From Puniceicoccales bacterium (GTDB lineage Bacteria; Verrucomicrobiota; Verrucomicrobiia; Opitutales; JAIRKQ01): a stretch of 45,631 nt of DNA. The stretch lies in NCBI GenBank assembly GCA_031283685.1, contig JAITBI010000003.1, positions 1 to 45,631 on the forward strand, written 5' to 3'. Both the position numbers and the translations under genes were made by a program. Positions 27,155 through 37,075 of the stretch are shown in pieces; position 1 is the first letter of the stretch; every line of letters starts with the position of its first letter. The notes below the pieces were generated by a model. The model saw only the letters and a list, made by a program, of their open reading frames with translations. It searched no databases and was not told the DNA's origin.

Positions 27155-28141
27155 ATGACTGAAACAATAGACATAGCATTTGTTTTCGACGATAAGTTCT
27201 CCGACTTATTTAAAGTTGCGATGTATTCAATTGCCAAAAATACAAAATCGAACCTGGCGGTACACATCGTCGACTGTGGAATACCCGAAGAAAGCAAAGG
27301 TCTAATTCGAAAGTTTATATCGGAATTTAAAAACATTTCGTCGACAGAGTTCAAGATTCCCAAACGCATAGAAGCTTTGGAAAATTATACTATTCCAGCG
27401 CATTTTTCCACGGCCATATTTTATCGACTGGCGATTCCAAAGGTGTTTCCAGAACTTAACCGGGTGATATATTTGGATTGTGACACCATCGCCGTTGGTG
27501 ACATTTCTGAGCTTTGGAATGAAGATTTGAATGGTCGTCCTTTCGGTGCAGTCGAGGAAGATGGCAATTTTTTTAACGAAAAAACCAAGTGGCGGAGGAT
27601 GAAAGAAATCAATTTCCATGAAGATAAACACTATTACAACTCCGGTATTTTGCTAATTGATACAAAACAATTTGAAAAATCTCAAATCTTTGAAAGGGTA
27701 ATCGAGTTTGTAAAAAATACCGATCTTCGCCTGTTAAGCCCTGAGCAGGACGCAATGAACCTATGTCTTGCCGATGACGAACATATGACTTTGAGCCCAA
27801 AATATAATTTCATCCCCTTTGCATCATTCTCGAAAGAATGCCTTAAAAAGGTTAAAAATCCTACGATAATGCACTACGCCGGTAAAAAACCATGGGAAAT
27901 GAATAAAAAAGTTATCAGGTTTGCCGCATTGTGTGGCATGAAAAAGTACCACATGGCCATGATGTTAAAGTACTGGGAATATGCAGATTACGTGGATAAA
28001 AAAAAGTTTTCCAACAGAAATATTTTTCATACTTTGAAATTTCTTTATAAATGCTTTTTCCAGCCCATTGAACAATTCATATCGAGAAAATGTTGCCATT
28101 CCATAAAATCTCTTTTTGAACAGCAAAGGAAGAAGGTTTAA
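27155..28141 (+). CDS. Glycosyltransferase family 8 protein
   Basis: Same GT8 motifs (YLDCD, YNSGILLID, EQDAMN, HYAGKKPW). Start MTETIDIAF at 27155 by comparison with the paralogues. Confidence 0.9.
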   Translation: MTETIDIAFVFDDKFSDLFKVAMYSIAKNTKSNLAVHIVDCGIPEESKGLIRKFISEFKNISSTEFKIPKRIEALENYTIPAHFSTAIFYRLAIPKVFPELNRVIYLDCDTIAVGDISELWNEDLNGRPFGAVEEDGNFFNEKTKWRRMKEINFHEDKHYYNSGILLIDTKQFEKSQIFERVIEFVKNTDLRLLSPEQDAMNLCLADDEHMTLSPKYNFIPFASFSKECLKKVKNPTIMHYAGKKPWEMNKKVIRFAALCGMKKYHMAMMLKYWEYADYVDKKKFSNRNIFHTLKFLYKCFFQPIEQFISRKCCHSIKSLFEQQRKKV

Positions 28142-28143
28142 AC

Positions 28144-29148
28144 ATGGAAATGGAGAAAAAAGTCATTTTGACCGGTATGCAACCAACAGGCAAACTACAC
28201 CTGGGAGGGTTGTTGGGCGCAATAAATAATTGGCAGAAAATGCTAGATGATTACGATTGTTTGTTTTTTCTGGCAGATCAACATGCCATAACGATGCCAT
28301 ATGTTCCTGCAGAATTGAGGAAAAACACACTGGATTGCATCGCACAGTATGTCGCCTGTGGGCTGGATCCTGAACGGTGTAAAATTTTTCTACAGTCCCA
28401 AGTAATTGGGCATACGGAATTGATGTGGATACTGGGATGTATTACCCCCATTGGTCAACTAGAAAGGATGACCCAGTTCAAGGACAAGTCGAAAAAAGTA
28501 GGAGAATCGGTATGTTCAGGCTTGCTATATTACCCTGTTTTGATGATGGCCGATATCCTATTGTACAATGCTAATTTGGCTCCAATAGGGGAAGATCAAA
28601 AGCAACACCTGGAAATTACGCGGGATATTGCACAAAAATTTAATAATGTTTATTCCGAAACCTTTGTTTTACCGGAACCGTACATTGGAAAAACAGGAGC
28701 TCGCATAATGTCGTTGCAGGATCCAACTGCTAAAATGTCGAAATCCGACAAGAATCAAAGTGCAGTCTTATACATAACGGATTCCGACGATGTTGTTCGA
28801 AAAAAAATTATGGGAGCAGTAACGGATTTCGACAATAGGATATTTTTCGACCAAAAAAACAAACCGGGAATTGCTAATTTGTTAAACATATACGCAGCAA
28901 CAACAGATCAAAGCATGGAAAAATCCGTCGCACAATTTGTCGACTTTACAAGCTATGCTCCTTTTAAACAGGCCGTTGCGGATGCGGTCATCGCAAAAAT
29001 TTCTCCGATCAGAAATAAATATTTAGAAATTGTCAACGATGGGAAATATCTATTATCTGTGCTAAAGGCAGGCAAAGAAGAAGCCCAAAGGCGTGCCAAT
29101 AAGATGATAGCGAAGGTCTATCGTAAGGTTGGATTTTTGTTAGATTAA
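28144..29148 (+). CDS. trpS: Tryptophan--tRNA ligase
   Basis: TGMQPTG, ADQHAIT, RMTQFKDK, YPVLMMADIL, GEDQKQHLE and KMSKS. Confidence 0.96.
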   Translation: MEMEKKVILTGMQPTGKLHLGGLLGAINNWQKMLDDYDCLFFLADQHAITMPYVPAELRKNTLDCIAQYVACGLDPERCKIFLQSQVIGHTELMWILGCITPIGQLERMTQFKDKSKKVGESVCSGLLYYPVLMMADILLYNANLAPIGEDQKQHLEITRDIAQKFNNVYSETFVLPEPYIGKTGARIMSLQDPTAKMSKSDKNQSAVLYITDSDDVVRKKIMGAVTDFDNRIFFDQKNKPGIANLLNIYAATTDQSMEKSVAQFVDFTSYAPFKQAVADAVIAKISPIRNKYLEIVNDGKYLLSVLKAGKEEAQRRANKMIAKVYRKVGFLLD

Positions 29149-29159
29149 CACAGCGTCAA

Positions 29160-31598
29160 ATGAAAAAATTTGTAATATCTGAAAAGCCAAGTGTAGCAGC
29201 CGACATAGCAAAGGCACTAGGAACATTTAAAAAATTTGATGATCGCTATGAGAATGGTGAATATGTGATTAGTTGGGCTGTTGGTCATTTGGTTGAACTT
29301 TTCATGCCGGAAGATTTCGATGCGTCCCTAAAACGATGGTCGCTAAGCACCCTTCCCATAATACCAGAAAAATTCAAAACAAAGCCGATCGAGAAAACAA
29401 AAAAACGTTTTAATGAGCTTAAAAAATTAATTCAGCGCGATGATATCGACTTGCTCATAAACGGATGTGATGCGGGGCGGGAAGGGGAATTAATTTTTAC
29501 GTATATCTACGAATTGGCAAAGTGCAAAAAACCTTTCGTTCGCCTATGGCTGTCTTCTATGACGATGCAGGGAATTAGAGATGCATTCGAACATCTCAGA
29601 AGCGGCGAGGAAATGCAACATTTGCAGGATGCTGCCAAATGTCGTTCGGAAGCAGATTGGTTAATAGGCATCAACGGAACCCGTGCCGTAACGACGAAAA
29701 TGTTCCCAGTGATGGCTCGACAAGTGGCGACCGTAGGACGTGTTCAAACTCCTACTCTGGCGATGATAGTAAACCGAGACATTGAAATTGCCAATTTCAA
29801 ACCGACAAAATTTTGGAGGATTATCGGAACTTTTGGCATCCGCAATGGTTCCTACGATGGTATCCTACAGAAAGATCAAAAGCTGGATGACAAAAATCCC
29901 TACGACAAAACCGACAGGTTATGGGAACATGAAAACGCGTTGGCAATTGTTGAAGCGATTAAAAATGAGCAATTCGCCTCCATTTCCGAACAAAAGAAAC
30001 GGTCCAAACAAACATCTCCGAGGCTATACGATTTGACCACACTGCAAAGAGAATCCAATTCGCGTCATAGCATGCCTGCCAGCATGACATTGCAAATTGC
30101 CCAGTCTCTCTATGAGAAGCATAAATGTATTACCTATCCCCGCACCGATTCCCGTGCGTTAACGGAAGATTATGCGCCTACATGTTACAAAATACTAGCC
30201 GCCATTAATGACGAACATAGAATCTTTGCCCAACGCATAATTGAAAATAAAGCAATTAACGGAAATAACAGGAAAATTTTCAACAATAGACAGGTTACCG
30301 ATCACTTTGCAATTATCCCTACACCACAGGCTCCGGAAAACTTATCCGATGGAGAATATAAAATCTTCAACATGATCCTAAAACGTTTCATTTGCGTATT
30401 TTTCCCAGATGCAGAGTTCGATATAACCATCCGAATCAGCAAAATCAAAGAGCATTCATTTAAGACGGAAGGAAAGGTATTAGTGATCCCTGGATGGTTG
30501 GAAGTTTATGGAAAAAATGAAACCGAACAGGATGGCGCATTGCCTGCATTATCCGATAGTGACGGAATTCCCCCCCAGGCCAATGTCAAAGAGATAAAAA
30601 TTGCGGAAGATGCAACTCGTCCTCCAGCTCCCTACAATGAAGCAACCCTATTGACCGCCATGGAAGGAGCCGGCAAATTATTAGATGATGAGGAACTTGC
30701 CGATGCCATGAAGGAACGTGGCTTGGGGACTCCGGCGACGCGGGCTCAGATCATAGAACATTTACTAGCTCTAAAGTACATTGTGCGGGACAGAAAAGAC
30801 CTCAAGGCGACGGCGAAGGCTGAAGATTTACTAAACTTCCTAAAAGCTACAGACATTGAAACCCTTTCAAGTCCGGCTCTCACAGGCGAATGGGAATACA
30901 AACTTAGGCAGATGGAAAATGGTAATTTTACTCGCAAAAGTTTCATGGAGGAGATTGCGGATCTGACGACGGCCATAATTACAAAGACGAAAAATTTCGT
31001 CGAAGGAAGTGACATAACAAAGGAAACTTCCATAATTTCTCCTACCGATAATAAACCGCTAATGGAAGGGCTACGCTGCTACCGTTCTCAGGATAAAGCC
31101 TTAACAATTCAAAAGGTAATTGGAGGTAGGAAATTTTCAGAGGACGAAATTAAAGAATTGTTGGCAAATAAAAAGATTGGACCACTAGATGGGTTTAAGT
31201 CAAAAACAGGGGCGGATTTTTCTGCAAGTTTAGTTTTGGATGATACTTTTAAAGTAAGTTTAGTCTTCGAAAATTCAAACTCGGAGCTTAAAATCGCAAC
31301 GTTATCACAAGAAGAGATCGACAAATTTGAAGTCATTGGGAAATGCCCACTCGATGGATCAGATGTTATTATGACAGACACTGCTTACATTTGCAAAAAC
31401 TATTTCAATAAAAAGTGCAAACTTAGAATTTCAAAAAAGACACTCGATAAAGACATTGACGTGGAACAGGTTCAAAAACTGTTATCGGAAAAGAAAACTG
31501 ATCTACTGGAAGGATTCCGATCCAAACGAACGGGAAAACTATTTTCAGCCCGCCTAGGTTTGCAAAAGGATGGTAGTTTTAGGTTTGAGTTCAAATAA
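29160..31598 (+). CDS. topB: DNA topoisomerase III (type IA)
   Basis: SEKPSVA, DAGREGE, VGRVQTPTL, catalytic ITYPRTDS, GLGTPATRA and C-terminal GF(K/R)SK repeats. Confidence 0.88.
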   Translation: MKKFVISEKPSVAADIAKALGTFKKFDDRYENGEYVISWAVGHLVELFMPEDFDASLKRWSLSTLPIIPEKFKTKPIEKTKKRFNELKKLIQRDDIDLLINGCDAGREGELIFTYIYELAKCKKPFVRLWLSSMTMQGIRDAFEHLRSGEEMQHLQDAAKCRSEADWLIGINGTRAVTTKMFPVMARQVATVGRVQTPTLAMIVNRDIEIANFKPTKFWRIIGTFGIRNGSYDGILQKDQKLDDKNPYDKTDRLWEHENALAIVEAIKNEQFASISEQKKRSKQTSPRLYDLTTLQRESNSRHSMPASMTLQIAQSLYEKHKCITYPRTDSRALTEDYAPTCYKILAAINDEHRIFAQRIIENKAINGNNRKIFNNRQVTDHFAIIPTPQAPENLSDGEYKIFNMILKRFICVFFPDAEFDITIRISKIKEHSFKTEGKVLVIPGWLEVYGKNETEQDGALPALSDSDGIPPQANVKEIKIAEDATRPPAPYNEATLLTAMEGAGKLLDDEELADAMKERGLGTPATRAQIIEHLLALKYIVRDRKDLKATAKAEDLLNFLKATDIETLSSPALTGEWEYKLRQMENGNFTRKSFMEEIADLTTAIITKTKNFVEGSDITKETSIISPTDNKPLMEGLRCYRSQDKALTIQKVIGGRKFSEDEIKELLANKKIGPLDGFKSKTGADFSASLVLDDTFKVSLVFENSNSELKIATLSQEEIDKFEVIGKCPLDGSDVIMTDTAYICKNYFNKKCKLRISKKTLDKDIDVEQVQKLLSEKKTDLLEGFRSKRTGKLFSARLGLQKDGSFRFEFK

Positions 31599-31632
31599 AT
31601 TCCTTTCCCAGTTTTTCATGTTTTCTCTCCAA

Positions 31633-32370
31633 TCATTCGTCGGGGAGATTTCCCGGGATGGCGAGTATCGATAGCATGGTCCCTTCTGCTACTAATTGTT
31701 TGCATGTGCGAAGGCCAATACCTCGGCTCATCATGTAGAACATGATATCATCATCGATGGCACCGACCGTTGCACCATGGGAACACATAACATTGCTGTT
31801 GGCAATGTGGAGATCGGGACAGCTGATAGCTTGTGCCCCGTTGGACCACAGTACGTTGCTGCTACATTGTCTTGCATTGCTGTTTTCGGCAATTTCGCTG
31901 ATGTTAATTTTCCCATAAAACTCAGAAACTGCGGAATCATCCAAAATCGTTTTACTGATAACACTCGATTTTGAGTTCCTAGCATCGTGGGTTTGGGAGA
32001 TGGAAAATTTCTGCCCATCGGAATTTTTCCCATAAAAAAAACTTCCTATGTCAGAAATTGCCCACTCACCTTTCAAAATAGTTTCGACTGAACCGTCGAA
32101 CTTTTTGCAATTTTCCGAGAGAATTACGCATTTTAGCTGGCTAGATTTTTCCAGTTCAAATGTCAGCCGGATAGTACTTTTATCGCAATCGACTGCCAAA
32201 ATAATGATGTCCAAACATACTCCTTCACCTATACTAAACGTGGCATTGGAAATATTAGTGGAAGGTATAAACAATTCCGTATGGGTAACAATTTTTTCCC
32301 ACTGGAGATAGTTGCGAACAATGGATCGTCCGCCTAAAATTTTATCCATATGATTTTGAATTATCCTCAT
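31633..32370 (-). CDS. sufD: SufD-like Fe-S cluster assembly protein (short)
   Basis: FYGKINI...A.NSNARQ, PDLHIANSNVMCSHGATVGAIDDDIMFYMMSRGI. Confidence 0.78.
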   Translation of the reverse strand: MRIIQNHMDKILGGRSIVRNYLQWEKIVTHTELFIPSTNISNATFSIGEGVCLDIIILAVDCDKSTIRLTFELEKSSQLKCVILSENCKKFDGSVETILKGEWAISDIGSFFYGKNSDGQKFSISQTHDARNSKSSVISKTILDDSAVSEFYGKINISEIAENSNARQCSSNVLWSNGAQAISCPDLHIANSNVMCSHGATVGAIDDDIMFYMMSRGIGLRTCKQLVAEGTMLSILAIPGNLPDE

Positions 32371-32403
32371 TTCCTTTGAAAATTTTGAATTTTTACTATA
32401 ATT

Positions 32404-33723
32404 TTAACATATTAAACTTTCCAACTTATAGATACGATGGCCCTTTAGGTATACAATTCCATGAAAATTCGTTACCGTCTCCATTGCTTGCGATGTCGAT
32501 GGAAATACCTTCCAGTTGCAATTTATGGCATCCATCGAAAAATTCGCAGGTTCCCCTATGACAATCACTCCATCATTTTCGCGGAGTGGTAAATTTTTTA
32601 AAAGGATAGCGTTGTCATCGATTACACCGTTCCCTACCTCGCAACGGATCAAAGCTCCAATGACAAATAATCGATCGCCATGGGGAAATAGTCGATCGAA
32701 CTGAGCCAGGGAGTTAGCAAAGGCTATGGAGTTCGCATTATAGCAATCGGCAAAATATGTCCTCGTCGGTGTTTTTATAATTTCTCCGCGCCATTTGGAT
32801 GGCTTCCACAGATTAATACGCTTTTGAATATTAGTTGCGTCTATTCCACATTCTAGGGCACAAATACACGCCAGGACAAAATTCTTGACGATTCCTTGGC
32901 TCATTGGATGAGGCATGACAAATTTTAAAAATTTTCCCCTAAATATCACCTCGACATGGTATTGCTCATCTTTTATATTCATGCGGTAGCCCATGTCTTC
33001 TCCGTTTTCCTTGACAACCCTGCAGTGATCTTGAATTTTTCGGCAAGCGCTAAACCTCAAACATTCTTCGGGAAACATTCCATGGCCGTTATTTTTTATG
33101 GCCTCACGCAATAATTTGCTCTTTTCACGGGCGATTGTGGATTCACTTCTCATCCCGGACATGTGAATTTTGCCGATTCCTGTCAGTATGGCGATGTGTG
33201 GCACAACAAGCTCCGCTAGGTTATCCATCGTACAAATGGCATCAATGCCAACTTCGACGACCGTAAAGGCCTCGTCATTGGTTACGGTGGCAAGTGTCAT
33301 AGGTACCCCCCGCTGCCCATTTTTGTTTTCAAGCGTTACATTTTTTTCAACGGCAAGGAGCAACTTTAAAATATCTTTTGTTGTAGTTTTTCCAAAACTT
33401 CCAGTGATGGCGATCACTGTGCCCCTAAACATTGATCGTGCTAGCTTTGCCATTTTGATCATGGCCGCATTTGTATCATCACAAACAAATTGGGGCAGAT
33501 CAATATCAGGGTTTGGACGGGAAACAATGGCACATGAAGCTCCGTTACTCCTAGCATCTTCGAGAAAAATATGCCCGTCTCGCGCATCGATTAGGGAAAC
33601 GTAGCAATCATTTGGACACAATGAACGTGTGTCAGTGCAAAACCTTGCAAGCCGTATCGGTTTTTTGTCATACAACCAATGGCCAATGGAAGGGACAAAA
33701 ATAGAATCAATATGTTCTTTCAT
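32404..33723 (-). CDS. murF: MurF-like Mur ligase (divergent)
   Basis: TDTRSL, DGHIF, AITGSFGKTTTK, IAREK, DCYNAN and LKGHR. Confidence 0.78.
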   Translation of the reverse strand: MKEHIDSIFVPSIGHWLYDKKPIRLARFCTDTRSLCPNDCYVSLIDARDGHIFLEDARSNGASCAIVSRPNPDIDLPQFVCDDTNAAMIKMAKLARSMFRGTVIAITGSFGKTTTKDILKLLLAVEKNVTLENKNGQRGVPMTLATVTNDEAFTVVEVGIDAICTMDNLAELVVPHIAILTGIGKIHMSGMRSESTIAREKSKLLREAIKNNGHGMFPEECLRFSACRKIQDHCRVVKENGEDMGYRMNIKDEQYHVEVIFRGKFLKFVMPHPMSQGIVKNFVLACICALECGIDATNIQKRINLWKPSKWRGEIIKTPTRTYFADCYNANSIAFANSLAQFDRLFPHGDRLFVIGALIRCEVGNGVIDDNAILLKNLPLRENDGVIVIGEPANFSMDAINCNWKVFPSTSQAMETVTNFHGIVYLKGHRIYKLESLIC

Positions 33724-33770
33724 AATTATCCGATCGGTTGTTTTTCTCGGTACAAGCTCTATATGGGAAT

Positions 33771-36700
33771 TTATTTATTTATTTCGCTGAGCTTGGCCAA
33801 AGCATTCATCACGGCATCGGTACTATCAGCGTAATTCGATTGTTGAAAATTATTCAGCCCCTGGTGATTCTCACAGGAATCAACCATATTCATGCCGGAG
33901 AAAAAGCCCGCAGACTTAACATCATAAATCCCTTTGATCCCTTTTCCCCAAGCAAGGACAAACATATCCGATAGGGTTTTCAGATTTGGACTTCCGAGGA
34001 ATAATCTCAGGGATTGAGATTGATCGATCCATTTTTGTCGCCGGGCAGCTCCTTCGATAATTGCTTCATTGTCAATCATGTAGGCGGTGGAAAACATTTC
34101 TCGTATGGATTCAGGAATTTCATCGATGGCGGCTAACTCTCCTTCAAAATATCGAATTTGCTTATGGACTGCCTTATTCCAAATGCCAGACTTTTTCAAA
34201 ATCCTTACTAATTCCGGGGAAATAATCATCATTTCGTAGTTATCGTCCAAACGCTTAGTGAAAACATTTTTCGTTGCCGGGGATAATTCGGGATAGCATC
34301 CCAAAAGGCGGGCAATTTTCCTCGTTGGAGAGAATGCATTTAGATACGCATTTCTTATGCCATTTTCCTTTATCTTATCTCGCAGAACGTCCCAGGATAG
34401 CGTGCCAGCGTTTTTATCCTTGGCAAAGTCAAATGGTAGCTTCCCTTTTGCCCATTCCGAAGATTCAAATGCTTGGCAGGCTCCATATTTTTTCGCTAGC
34501 TCGCATGACTCATTGATCGTTTCGTAGGAAATTATTTCCGCACATTCCTCGCCAAACCTAATGGCTTCTTCGGAATTAAATGAAAGATTTTTGTTGTAGA
34601 ATGCATTTTGTAATCCCATCATGCCTAACCCTATCGCGCGGTACTTTTTGGCAAATGTTTCAGCAGCCTGCGAAGGGAAAAAATTAGCGTCTATCATCGC
34701 GTCCAACGTGCGGGTCGCGACCGCTATTGTATGGCGTAAGACATCTTTATCGAGGGAACCATCCGAGGTTAAATGTTTGTTGATGTCCAATGCTCCTGTG
34801 TTGCACACAGCGGTTTCGTTGTAGGCCGTATTCATAACGTGTTCCAGACACAACCCTGTTCCATGAATTGTTCCATTTTTGCACATATTCGCCCGATTGC
34901 ACGTATCCTTAAATGCAATCTTTGGATATCCTGCCTCGAAAATTCGTTGCATGACTTTTTGCCAAACCTCTCGACACGTTACCATTTTACCGGAAGCTTT
35001 ACCTTCCATGACACACCGTTCCAGTTCTTCATATTTTTTATCAAATCCATCGCCGTACAATTCATGTAAACCTCTGGCATCTTCTGAATTGAATAACGTC
35101 CAATCGGCATCCTGCTGTAAGCGATGCATGAAAATATTCGGAATCCATAGTACTGTTCCGAGGGTATCATCAGGCATGTTTCCATTCACATATCTCTTGC
35201 GATAATCTATAAACTCCATTATGTCGCTGTGCCAAATTTCTAAATACGCCGCTCCACGACCTCTACGGCGTTCGATCCCCTGATTTGCAATGGCCAATTG
35301 GTGCTGGTGAAGTTGTAAAAATGGTATTACACCGGGAGCTCGTCCCCTAGTTCCCGAAATTTTTGCACCTTTTTCGCGGACATTGGTCCAAGAACCCGCA
35401 ATACCTCCTCCCCACTTGGCGATGAAAGCATTGTCGGAAATTCCGCGCGTCATAATGCTTTGCATGTCATCCTCGACATGAAAAACGTAGCTCGACATCA
35501 TCTGAGCTTTCGGTGTTCCAGCGTAGTATAAGGTAGGGGTTGCCAGGCAAAACTTTCTGTCTCGCATCAATTTGTAGCATTCAATGACGTCGCCTTCGGC
35601 GTGCTCTTTTGCAAGAAATGCCCCCATCGCGACACGCATCCAAAGCATCTGGGGGGTTTCTAAAATTCGATTATCAAAATCCCGCATGAAATAGTGCTCT
35701 TTTAAACTTTGCAAAGCTATGGCATCGAATTCGCGGTCATAGGTAATATCTAGGGTACGAGAAAGCTGTTCAAGATCATACTTGAACATGTCCTTGTGAA
35801 GTAGGTTATTCCCAACGGCTGTTTTGACATATTTCACAAAAGCAATTGCCTGTTTTTCGTTCAAACATTCTAGGCTATCAGTGGTACAATTCCAATCGAA
35901 TATATCCTCATATAAATAAAGTAATTGTATCCTAGCTGCAAATACTGCTAAGACGGGGTCTTTTTCTATTAGCCGCTGGGCATTTTTGATGATATAATTT
36001 TTTAGTTCCGAAACGCTAACTTCCGACGAAATCCCTTCCTGTAAAGATGACAATATTTCATCGAATGTTAGGTGCGAATCCAGTCCCGCATTCGCAAATG
36101 CTATTCGTTTGTGTAATTCCGATCCATCCCACAAAAAGCTATCATCATTGGCATTCTTTACCACGATAATAGGCCCCTGATCCTGGGTTACTGTATATTC
36201 TTTCTCAATGTCTGACAGCTCTCTCAATCTTGCCCGTTCGGCCCTGTATAGGATATATGCTTCGGCAATCTTATATTCCCCCTGACGCATCAATTCTTCC
36301 TGCACGCAATCTTGAACATTTTCAATGTGAATGAACGATAACCCCTCGTCTAATATATTTTTTGTCACTGCCCGAGAGATTTTATCGGCCCGCTCTGGGC
36401 TTTGGTATTGGGAAATAAATGCCAATTCCACCGCATGTTTTATTTTTTCGATGTTCCATGGTACGACACTGCCATCTCTTCGGATTAAGCTTAATTTGCG
36501 ACTTTCCTTAACCCTCCTATAGTATTCATTCTCAAACCTACACTTCGCCACAAAGGCGTGGGCCATCTCCCTCCTGTTATTTCTTACTAAAATTTCTTCA
36601 ATGGCGTCATTCACAAGATCTTGGCTAGGCGGACAGGTTTCTCGAAGGTTGATACAGCGACAAACTTGTCTGGTCAACGAAACGACCAATTGTTTGTTTG

Positions 36701-36929
36701 CATCGTCGAAAATATCGGACCGCCCATTAACTAGGGAAATGTCCACAACCACCTCTCCAATCTTATCCGCAATTTCTCCAATATTGTAGTACTCACAAAC
36801 ACACTCGCTATCATTTTCGACGAGACGTTTCCAGTCGAATCGCGGCTTTTCTTCCATGGGGGTGCCAATCACACGTTTTAACTCCAAATTTTTTTGAATA
36901 CTCATTTTTTGCTCCGTATGGGGTAACAT
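33771..36929 (-). CDS. nrdA: Class Ia ribonucleotide reductase alpha subunit homologue with multiple ATP cones; catalytic residues degenerate
   Basis: ATP cone (IRRDGSVVPWNIEKI...AEAYILYR), ETPQMLWMRVAMG, ATPTL, ETAVCN, GLGMMGL, GIRNA and RQKWIDQSQSL. See findings for the missing residues. Confidence 0.85.
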   Translation of the reverse strand: MLPHTEQKMSIQKNLELKRVIGTPMEEKPRFDWKRLVENDSECVCEYYNIGEIADKIGEVVVDISLVNGRSDIFDDANKQLVVSLTRQVCRCINLRETCPPSQDLVNDAIEEILVRNNRREMAHAFVAKCRFENEYYRRVKESRKLSLIRRDGSVVPWNIEKIKHAVELAFISQYQSPERADKISRAVTKNILDEGLSFIHIENVQDCVQEELMRQGEYKIAEAYILYRAERARLRELSDIEKEYTVTQDQGPIIVVKNANDDSFLWDGSELHKRIAFANAGLDSHLTFDEILSSLQEGISSEVSVSELKNYIIKNAQRLIEKDPVLAVFAARIQLLYLYEDIFDWNCTTDSLECLNEKQAIAFVKYVKTAVGNNLLHKDMFKYDLEQLSRTLDITYDREFDAIALQSLKEHYFMRDFDNRILETPQMLWMRVAMGAFLAKEHAEGDVIECYKLMRDRKFCLATPTLYYAGTPKAQMMSSYVFHVEDDMQSIMTRGISDNAFIAKWGGGIAGSWTNVREKGAKISGTRGRAPGVIPFLQLHQHQLAIANQGIERRRGRGAAYLEIWHSDIMEFIDYRKRYVNGNMPDDTLGTVLWIPNIFMHRLQQDADWTLFNSEDARGLHELYGDGFDKKYEELERCVMEGKASGKMVTCREVWQKVMQRIFEAGYPKIAFKDTCNRANMCKNGTIHGTGLCLEHVMNTAYNETAVCNTGALDINKHLTSDGSLDKDVLRHTIAVATRTLDAMIDANFFPSQAAETFAKKYRAIGLGMMGLQNAFYNKNLSFNSEEAIRFGEECAEIISYETINESCELAKKYGACQAFESSEWAKGKLPFDFAKDKNAGTLSWDVLRDKIKENGIRNAYLNAFSPTRKIARLLGCYPELSPATKNVFTKRLDDNYEMMIISPELVRILKKSGIWNKAVHKQIRYFEGELAAIDEIPESIREMFSTAYMIDNEAIIEGAARRQKWIDQSQSLRLFLGSPNLKTLSDMFVLAWGKGIKGIYDVKSAGFFSGMNMVDSCENHQGLNNFQQSNYADSTDAVMNALAKLSEINK

Positions 36930-37075
36930 CTAAAAACCACTAGATGCAATTTTTCTACCTCTATTTCCTTACATTTCAAGCTCCGGTTGTAGAAAAAGTT
37001 TTATTTCCCGTAAATACTAGCTTGTGAGTCGAAAAAATAATTATTTACAAATTTTCCCCCATCAAGTTGAACCTT

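Noticed and set aside
27998-28005. A8 run in the third GT8 gene as a phase-variation tract
   Set aside because: A/T runs of 7-8 are frequent throughout this AT-rich window and the frame is intact.
36935-37028. Possible NrdR boxes upstream of nrdA (ACCACTAGATGCAAT; AATACTAGCTTGTGAG)
   Set aside because: Only half-site matches with atypical spacing; would need a position-weight-matrix scan.
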